A DNA stretch of 29,567 bases from a virus (taxonomy: Duplodnaviria; Heunggongvirae; Uroviricota; Caudoviricetes). Under the pieces are notes generated by a model. The model was not told where the DNA came from, made no database searches, and was given only the letters and a program-made list of their open reading frames with translations. Made by a program: the position numbers and the translations under genes. Positions 23,013-29,567 of the stretch are shown piece by piece (the stretch's first letter is position 1; every line of letters begins with the position of its first letter). The stretch lies in the IMG/VR virus record IMGVR_UViG_3300035208_003871. One strand, 5' to 3'.

Positions 23013-24443
23013 TCAGGTAGTTGTAATAGTTTTCCAACCCACAGAAACACTGATGTATTTTTTAAGAACTCCGACACTTGATGTATCCCAATATTCATCG
23101 CCCGGTTTAAATGTTGCAGGTTCTGTTGCTGATTCACCATAATATTTTGGAACTGTTGTATTGTATTCGGTTGCTGTTAAATGGTAATATTCTGAAGCAG
23201 TTCCGCCCTGAAGTAATCCAAGATCATTATGATTAAATGGAGTATTAATTGGAAATACTGTGGCATATGCTGATGTATTTGAATAAAATGTAGATGCATT
23301 TTTTACAATTACAATTTTCGCTGCAAGTATAGCGAAGTCCCGTAATATAGTTGGTACTGGCACTGGTAATGAAGCTGATATTGCATCTGCTGGGACATAA
23401 TCTCCCTGACCATACACCACATCAATTTGACCATCAAAGCGTATAAATATCCAATGAACTCCGTAACGACCATCGCTTAAATCATTGAGGGTTCCTGTTC
23501 CATCATCATATTGCGTATTATTTATTTGGGTTTGTGATGCTACACTTGTCCATCCACCACTTCCATTTCGATACCAATATGTAAAGGTGTCAGAAACACT
23601 GGTATCTTTTGCAGCAGTTGTGACATTATTTAGACCAATGTAAAATGATCCAGCAGTACTTGCAATGTTACGAGTTCCGGTTGCAGATATTACTCCTCCA
23701 GATGCTCTGACAAGTCCTCCATCAGTTAAGATCAATCTTTCATGCACACGCGATGTTATACAAAATGCTTCATTTCCTGATTGAATGATACTTAATGTAG
23801 TGCCCGATCTAAATACACGACCAAATGCAATGTCCAAACTCAAATCAGTATCTGAACGTGTAATGGTTGCATAAACAGTTGGCGTTCCTGAATTGTATGT
23901 AAGATAAATGTAATTGAGTAAATTATCTGTTAAACTGACTGATGCTGTTGTGGGCCAATTAATGAAAACTGTGTCATCAATGTAATCGGATCCGGTTTTT
24001 ATCAATCCATATCCGGCACTCACCGCAACGGTACCATCTCCATTACTAGTAATCACCCCACCAGAGATACGTCCAGCACCCTGAATATTCATGTAATCCT
24101 GCAGGGTGTGGTAAGTAGCAGGAATCGTTGCTCCAGTCGCAAATTCAATGGTGCTTGCTAATTGAGTGTGTCCAACAGTTGCAAATGATGCTGCATTATA
24201 ACCGCTATCTCCTAATACTAATCCATCGTCCGTTGTAAATGTTACGAAGTTATTAGCAATTGTGGATGCCGGGACTGTGGGGAATGTTGCATCGGTGTAT
24301 GTAATGGTGGCAAATGAACTTGCTTCGAAAGTATCCAATGTATCGGCATCTAATCCAGATCCAGATCCATCTACTTCTTTGAGTTTATTTAATATTTCCA
24401 TATCTTCATAATAAGTTGTAAATGGGCCAGAGAATACGGGCAT
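23013..24443 (-). CDS. virion structural / tail-associated protein
   Basis: VDGSGSGLDADTLD and HNDLGLLQGG...EYYHLT motifs are seen in phage tail proteins. Thr/Ser/Gly-rich, GGAGTGA RBS. Confidence 0.7.
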   Translation of the reverse strand: MPVFSGPFTTYYEDMEILNKLKEVDGSGSGLDADTLDTFEASSFATITYTDATFPTVPASTIANNFVTFTTDDGLVLGDSGYNAASFATVGHTQLASTIEFATGATIPATYHTLQDYMNIQGAGRISGGVITSNGDGTVAVSAGYGLIKTGSDYIDDTVFINWPTTASVSLTDNLLNYIYLTYNSGTPTVYATITRSDTDLSLDIAFGRVFRSGTTLSIIQSGNEAFCITSRVHERLILTDGGLVRASGGVISATGTRNIASTAGSFYIGLNNVTTAAKDTSVSDTFTYWYRNGSGGWTSVASQTQINNTQYDDGTGTLNDLSDGRYGVHWIFIRFDGQIDVVYGQGDYVPADAISASLPVPVPTILRDFAILAAKIVIVKNASTFYSNTSAYATVFPINTPFNHNDLGLLQGGTASEYYHLTATEYNTTVPKYYGESATEPATFKPGDEYWDTSSVGVLKKYISVSVGWKTITTT

Positions 24444-24447
24444 TTAA

Positions 24448-24765
24448 TCACTCCAAATTATCTATTACAGTAACTTCAGTATATATTGAATTTATCACAG
24501 ATGCAGATCCTACAACTTTGAAACCAACTGGTATAATGTGCCGTGATATATCTGTTATTCCATCGTATGCTGGAATTGCTTTAGTTGGAAATATACATGC
24601 TGAAATATTAGTTGATGCATCAGTAATCCACAAACTACAATTTACTGATGATCCGGTAATGTTAACTGCCTGTATTAAAATCGCAACTGATTTTGTTGTT
24701 GCAACATGAATATCTGTGTTTGTTAGCCCTAATACAACTGTACTTCCGTCAAATGTTTCTGTCAT
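24448..24765 (-). CDS. small beta-rich virion protein
   Basis: 105 aa, tightly packed in the operon with a GGGAG RBS. Confidence 0.65.
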   Translation of the reverse strand: MTETFDGSTVVLGLTNTDIHVATTKSVAILIQAVNITGSSVNCSLWITDASTNISACIFPTKAIPAYDGITDISRHIIPVGFKVVGSASVINSIYTEVTVIDNLE

Positions 24766-24766
24766 T

Positions 24767-25849
24767 TTAAACTCCCATAATTGTTGAATAGATTAATGCT
24801 TTGGATTTTACTACATCGAGATCTCCGTATGTGGCAAAATAGCTTGCGTGATGCGCATCTAATGTATCTGCGTCAGAATCGCTACCATGACCATCTGTGA
24901 ATGTGGAAACTACCTTGGCCCCATCTACATATAAACACGTCCCGTCCGTAGTAAGCGAAATGCTGGTTTCTTCGGATGGATATTCTCCAATGACAATTGC
25001 TGTAAATGTAGCATACTCACCATATACAGATGCGGCTCTTAAGTGGTTATATAATAATCCATCTGATGTTTTAATGTGTAATTCTCCACCAACATCATAA
25101 ATACGAGGACCATTTACAGTATGGATTTGAAAATATTCACTTGGCGTCCCGTGAGATGGTACCAAATTAGTATAATCAATTCCCGTATCGATAATGTGTT
25201 TACCATCTACTCCATAAAATGCTAATATACTTTTATCTACAGATACAGGAATCGATTCAATATAATCTCCACCCGGAGAAGCCCATATACCATCATCTCT
25301 GGCAAACAAATACCCTGATGGAGTTGCTGATTGTAATCCATCACCCAATTTAATATAGTTGGCTGCTTCAAAATAGGTTCCATTGAACTCCAAACTGTAC
25401 CCGGTTGGAAACGTAGTGATATCAATCGGCCAACCAGCCCATGGTAATGTAATATAATCATCGACGCCATTACCAATTTTAAATCTTCCAGTCGGATCAA
25501 GTGTTGTATCGTTTAATTCAATCGCGAGTGTAAATGTTGGAAATATAGAATTTTGACTTATAAGTTCAGATCCTGTCTCAAATAGTCCATGGGTTTGAGG
25601 ATACCAAGTTTCTGATATATTACTATATAATAAAATTGAATTGTTTAATGGGGTTGTAACTGATACATCTTTATCACATAATGTTGAAATTGTATTACTA
25701 TAAATAAGATCTGCCCATCGAGATGATCCATTTCCTATCTTAAATTTTCCTGTATCACTAGAAACTGCAATAACTCCTATTGTTATAATAGGATTATTTG
25801 TTGTCCATGTAGCAGTTGTTTCAAGTTGGATCATATCAAACGGTCTCAT
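24767..25849 (-). CDS. tail fibre protein with two Mtd_N/hyaluronidase-N-like domains
   Basis: TTATWTTNNPIITIGVIAVSSDTGKFKIGNGSSRWADL and a second TGRFKIGNGVDDYITLPW, plus DSDADTLDAHHASYF near the C-terminus. Confidence 0.75.
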   Translation of the reverse strand: MRPFDMIQLETTATWTTNNPIITIGVIAVSSDTGKFKIGNGSSRWADLIYSNTISTLCDKDVSVTTPLNNSILLYSNISETWYPQTHGLFETGSELISQNSIFPTFTLAIELNDTTLDPTGRFKIGNGVDDYITLPWAGWPIDITTFPTGYSLEFNGTYFEAANYIKLGDGLQSATPSGYLFARDDGIWASPGGDYIESIPVSVDKSILAFYGVDGKHIIDTGIDYTNLVPSHGTPSEYFQIHTVNGPRIYDVGGELHIKTSDGLLYNHLRAASVYGEYATFTAIVIGEYPSEETSISLTTDGTCLYVDGAKVVSTFTDGHGSDSDADTLDAHHASYFATYGDLDVVKSKALIYSTIMGV

Positions 25850-25852
25850 TTA

Positions 25853-26146
25853 TTACTCCTTTGCTGTTACCCCGTCATATCCAATTACTACACTTCCAGT
25901 GCCAATATTTTTAATTTTTATATAATATGTGTTTGTGCAATGAAATGTATATGATAATAATGATTGTGACGTAGTTAAAATTAAAATATCGTCGGCTGAT
26001 GTAGATCGATAAATTTCACACGTTGAAAACTGAGGAATATATATATTATGAATAGTCCATTGAGAAGTGCCGCTTATTGGTTGTACAGAAAGCGATTGGG
26101 TTGAGAGAACTGTTGACATTCCGGATATAACATCACCAATTGTCAT
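25853..26146 (-). CDS. small beta-rich virion protein
   Basis: Start set at MTIGD (26146), 2 nt after the upstream stop, with a GAGGGT RBS. Confidence 0.65.
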   Translation of the reverse strand: MTIGDVISGMSTVLSTQSLSVQPISGTSQWTIHNIYIPQFSTCEIYRSTSADDILILTTSQSLLSYTFHCTNTYYIKIKNIGTGSVVIGYDGVTAKE

Positions 26147-26148
26147 AA

Positions 26149-26685
26149 TTACCCTCTTCCGCTGATAACTTTCCAAATTAGTCCAAATGTTTCATTATTT
26201 GAAACTGTCCAAGCAGCGTTTCCAACTTGACGAGCTCCCATATAACCATCAGTTACAGTAGTGTGAAGTCCAAATTCTATTAAATCGTAGTCTCCATCAC
26301 TTGTAACAATAACAGTAAATTGAGCTGTGTCCGGAAGTAATGGGTCCGATCCATATGTATTTACTAATGCATTTGTAGTAGTAAATCGATTCATAACTGG
26401 AGAAACTAAACTATTTCTACTATAATCGGTTGGATCTGTGTCACTGGTTCCTACCGATGCGTATCCGTATTTTCCGCTGATATGTTGTGCAATATCATTG
26501 ATGGCATAGTTTGTCAATGCATCGTTTATACATGGTTTTCTATGAAATAAACCAGTTATTTTATCAAACACACTAGTTTTATATGTTGTTTCCATCTCCA
26601 ATGTCCAATTACCACTAGGATCAATAGAATAAATTTCGAGTTTATCTTGGAGTATTCCTGTATTAATAATAATAATTTCCCCCAT
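26149..26685 (-). CDS. baseplate / tail-fibre attachment protein (P2 gpH N-terminal/DUF3751-like)
   Basis: YASVGTSDTDP....L..P...LIEFGLH....MGARQV...TFGLIWKV resembles this family pattern. Confidence 0.55.
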   Translation of the reverse strand: MGEIIIINTGILQDKLEIYSIDPSGNWTLEMETTYKTSVFDKITGLFHRKPCINDALTNYAINDIAQHISGKYGYASVGTSDTDPTDYSRNSLVSPVMNRFTTTNALVNTYGSDPLLPDTAQFTVIVTSDGDYDLIEFGLHTTVTDGYMGARQVGNAAWTVSNNETFGLIWKVISGRG

Positions 26686-26768
26686 TAAGTGAATAAGTAA
26701 ATTAGCAACGATGATACCTATTTAAATTTTACCATATATTTATATTGATGTAACTCAAACAGTTAAAT

Positions 26769-27086
26769 ATGATTACAGTATTTAGTAAAGATTTAAAACG
26801 TAATTTAAATGACTCTGAATATGATATTGCAATTCATAAGTTGGCAGATAAAGTTATGGAAACCGCACATTTGTTCAATTTATCAAATTGCGATGTAATG
26901 AAAAATGTTCGAGATGAAGTTAAAAATATAAATAATCATGGAATTTATTCATATAAAAATATAGAATATCCAAAAAGTATAGAATATCCAACAGTCAAAA
27001 ATGAAATTAATGACAAATATAAAACTATTTCATTAAAAAGTCCATGTAATTGTCAGAAATCCAACGAGTCAGTTACACCACAATGA
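26769..27086 (+). CDS. hypothetical protein, lone plus-strand AT-rich gene
   Basis: 105-aa ORF that fills an otherwise empty gap, with a TATA-like ATATATTTATA upstream. Its 3' end overlaps the convergent gene by 34 nt. Confidence 0.55.
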   Translation: MITVFSKDLKRNLNDSEYDIAIHKLADKVMETAHLFNLSNCDVMKNVRDEVKNINNHGIYSYKNIEYPKSIEYPTVKNEINDKYKTISLKSPCNCQKSNESVTPQ

Positions 27087-29567
27087 CTTGTTCTTATTGA
27101 TCTATATCCAACATTACCCATTACAAACGTAACTATAATCGATCCAAAAATATCTCCTTTTTCTCCATGAGATACCACTCCCGATATAACCGGTAAATTT
27201 CTCCATAAATCCCCTCTTATACTATCTAATCCACCTCTCATACAAGCTATACTTTCAAATGCAGCAATATTTGTGCCAATTAATTCTCCTGTTGCTAGTT
27301 CAAACGGTCCTCCAACCGATGTTATTGAAAAAGATAATAAACTCGCTGGTAAGAACCCTGTCATAAATCGGTGTTTTCCCGTTTCGTATGAATATGTAGT
27401 ATATGCTCCATCGGGATTTGTTACGGTGAATCCAATAGGATTACATTGTTGTATTGTTGGATCTATCCAGATATCGAAAGATACAACTCCTGATGAAACA
27501 GATAAATGTTCTTCTGGATCATATGGTAATTCATCTGTGTAAATGCCGTATACATTAGATACAGTAATGTAATGTTCTATGTTGTCAATTGTCTCTTTTA
27601 AAAGGAATCCGGTGCCAATTAAATCTATATTAACTAATGCATTATATGATCCATTATAAGTGATATTATCACTATGCACCGGGACACTTACTCCAATATC
27701 AGTTATATCAACTTTGTTTGGGGGAGTTAAACTCAATACCGGTGCAGATGAATAGTCTCCAGTTACTACTCCTGTATATATTCCCCTAAGATTAACTGGC
27801 GTTTCCGTATTCAATTCGTTCCAGTTTTGAACATTTGCAACTGTTAAATCAAAATATAAATGAGATCCGTCAGATGGTTGTGTTTTTGTTGGATACTCAA
27901 ATAATAGACCAGTCACATTAGATGAAACTGCCATTGGTGCATATAAATCTGTTCCCCATATAGTCACTTCATTACTAAATCCGGACTCTGAGTAATGGAG
28001 GTACCTAATTCTTCCATTCTCGATACTACTTGGGATAATAGATGTAATAACTGGATTATAATATACAATAGGAATGGTTGTCCGATTAACTAAATTAACA
28101 GTAGAATAAGATCCAAATTCATTTTGAACTTCTATTGTAATTAAACCAATTGGTGTATCAGCAGTGGTAATAATGTTAATTTGCATTATAGTTCCGGCAT
28201 CAACCGATCCTAATCCTTCTACATAATTTGGAAATGTCGGAGATCCGGTAATTAAAGGACTTCCATCAATGTCATACACTAGTGCAGTTACATTATTGAA
28301 CCTGCCCATTACCCATATTATATCTCCGCCACTGTCTACATTTTCACCCCTTCTAATGTAATGTGTGGGGAAATAGCATCCTGTAATATATGGCATAGTA
28401 TCAGTTACCTGAACTTCCATAACATGATTTACCGATCTATTGGATGTGTCTGCTAAATGAACATAATAGTTGCTGCCAGTAGTCGATAACCAATCATCTG
28501 CATACACTGTAGAATATGGAACCCACATAGTAGGCATTGCTTCTCTTAATACACAACGAACTTCGGTATCCGATATAGGATAAACATCAAGATCTATTGC
28601 GTAGGTCATTGTTGGAAATAAATCTGAACTTTTTACATCTGTTTGTGGATTATTTAGTGATGCAAATGTAGGAAACAAAAATCCTTCATTTACATTAATT
28701 AAATTTGTACCAAAGACTGTAAATTCCGATAATGGATAAATTGGACCATTGCATACAGTTGTTGGATATACTGAATCTGTTACAACTTCCCATGTAGGAA
28801 ATTTGCTTTCGTTTTTAACATAATATATAGGATTGTAATATTCTAATGTTGCAAATACTTCATCTGATAAGTATTCTGGCTCTGTCCAATATTTAGTTGT
28901 ATCTATCGGAATTGAAATTTGATTTGCGTACGAAGTTCCATCTGGTAATTCTACAGAAAATGTAGCAACTCTATGATGTGTGTCATCATCTAACTCAAGT
29001 TTTGTATTGTGTGTAGTTGCATACGACAATAACCAATATCCTTCAGAATCTAATGTATCCCACCCAATGTTAATTTCGAGAATATTTTGAATTTTTTCAT
29101 CTGAATTATAAGCAATATAAGTCGCAAAATAATTTCCGGCTTCATATATACATACCGCAGTTGGATAATTATATGCAACTTGATCATCGATTGTAACATC
29201 CATTCCCATTATCGAAGTCCCATTTCCGAATTCCAAATCAAAAGATTCTGTATAATGAACATGATAATATTTACTATAATCAGATGTATGACAATACGTT
29301 ATAGCATCTGTATATGCAGGAATATTAAATATCACTCTTGTAACACCCAGAGGAAGATCCTGAGTTATATACGTTATATTATCATCGGGAAATGGCAGCG
29401 ATACATCGAGTGTTGTGGTGTAATCTTCGGTTGTATTGCACTTTTCCACCATCGTAAATGTTCCAGTATACGATCCCGGAATAATAAGACCAGCTGGTCC
29501 TAAAGTCTTATAATCGAATGCTAATATTGATTCAGATGGATTATCTTCATCAAATCCTGTGTAAATA
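27053..29567 (-). CDS. large IPT/TIG Ig-like repeat virion protein (5' end outside window)
   Basis: PVITSIIPSS...VTIWGTDL, FTVFGTNL, IDLIGTGF, ITIEVQNEFG and FTVTNPDG are IPT/TIG-like. The frame stays open from 29452 to the window edge (IYTGFDEDNPSESILAF...). Confidence 0.75.
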   Translation of the reverse strand, partial: IYTGFDEDNPSESILAFDYKTLGPAGLIIPGSYTGTFTMVEKCNTTEDYTTTLDVSLPFPDDNITYITQDLPLGVTRVIFNIPAYTDAITYCHTSDYSKYYHVHYTESFDLEFGNGTSIMGMDVTIDDQVAYNYPTAVCIYEAGNYFATYIAYNSDEKIQNILEINIGWDTLDSEGYWLLSYATTHNTKLELDDDTHHRVATFSVELPDGTSYANQISIPIDTTKYWTEPEYLSDEVFATLEYYNPIYYVKNESKFPTWEVVTDSVYPTTVCNGPIYPLSEFTVFGTNLINVNEGFLFPTFASLNNPQTDVKSSDLFPTMTYAIDLDVYPISDTEVRCVLREAMPTMWVPYSTVYADDWLSTTGSNYYVHLADTSNRSVNHVMEVQVTDTMPYITGCYFPTHYIRRGENVDSGGDIIWVMGRFNNVTALVYDIDGSPLITGSPTFPNYVEGLGSVDAGTIMQINIITTADTPIGLITIEVQNEFGSYSTVNLVNRTTIPIVYYNPVITSIIPSSIENGRIRYLHYSESGFSNEVTIWGTDLYAPMAVSSNVTGLLFEYPTKTQPSDGSHLYFDLTVANVQNWNELNTETPVNLRGIYTGVVTGDYSSAPVLSLTPPNKVDITDIGVSVPVHSDNITYNGSYNALVNIDLIGTGFLLKETIDNIEHYITVSNVYGIYTDELPYDPEEHLSVSSGVVSFDIWIDPTIQQCNPIGFTVTNPDGAYTTYSYETGKHRFMTGFLPASLLSFSITSVGGPFELATGELIGTNIAAFESIACMRGGLDSIRGDLWRNLPVISGVVSHGEKGDIFGSIIVTFVMGNVGYRSIRTSHCGVTDSLDF

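Noticed and set aside
13306-25849. Diversity-generating retroelement suggested by Mtd_N-like domains
   Set aside because: No reverse transcriptase and no template/variable repeat pair differing only at adenines was seen in this window. It cannot be excluded elsewhere in the genome.

Overview
This AT-rich window looks like part of a large head-tail virus (Caudoviricetes) of an archaeon. A methanogen-type host is inferred from the MCM-type ATPase, the ERCC4 nuclease, TATA-box promoters, GGTGA/GGAG RBSs and the PKD/NHL/DUF2341 surface-protein modules. Bases 1-7360 (+) form a nucleotide-metabolism and replication block: MT-A70 methyltransferase (partial), PPP-type phosphoesterase, MazG-like protein, dCMP-deaminase-like protein with an altered catalytic motif, ERCC4 nuclease, a 124-nt G-free repeat tract, a short MCM-like helicase and an RHH-like protein. 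Bases 7376-29567 (mostly -) form a structural/adsorption block: a metallophosphoesterase, two BppU-like Ig proteins, two unannotated basic micro-ORFs, three LamG paralogs, several mosaic tail fibres, two ~1000-aa PKD/NHL adhesins and an IPT/TIG-rich protein cut by the window edge. Two lone + strand genes interrupt that block. No tRNA, rRNA, CRISPR array, integrase, terminase or capsid gene was recognised. The most notable unexplained signals are a candidate late-expression switch (a recurring CTCTTTT(T)ATAT motif plus RBS-sequestering hairpins), the candidate origin beside a minimal MCM, the HDFE deaminase with its unknown paralog pair, and the Lys/Gly/Pro micro-peptide. All family calls come from motif recognition by eye, not database searches.
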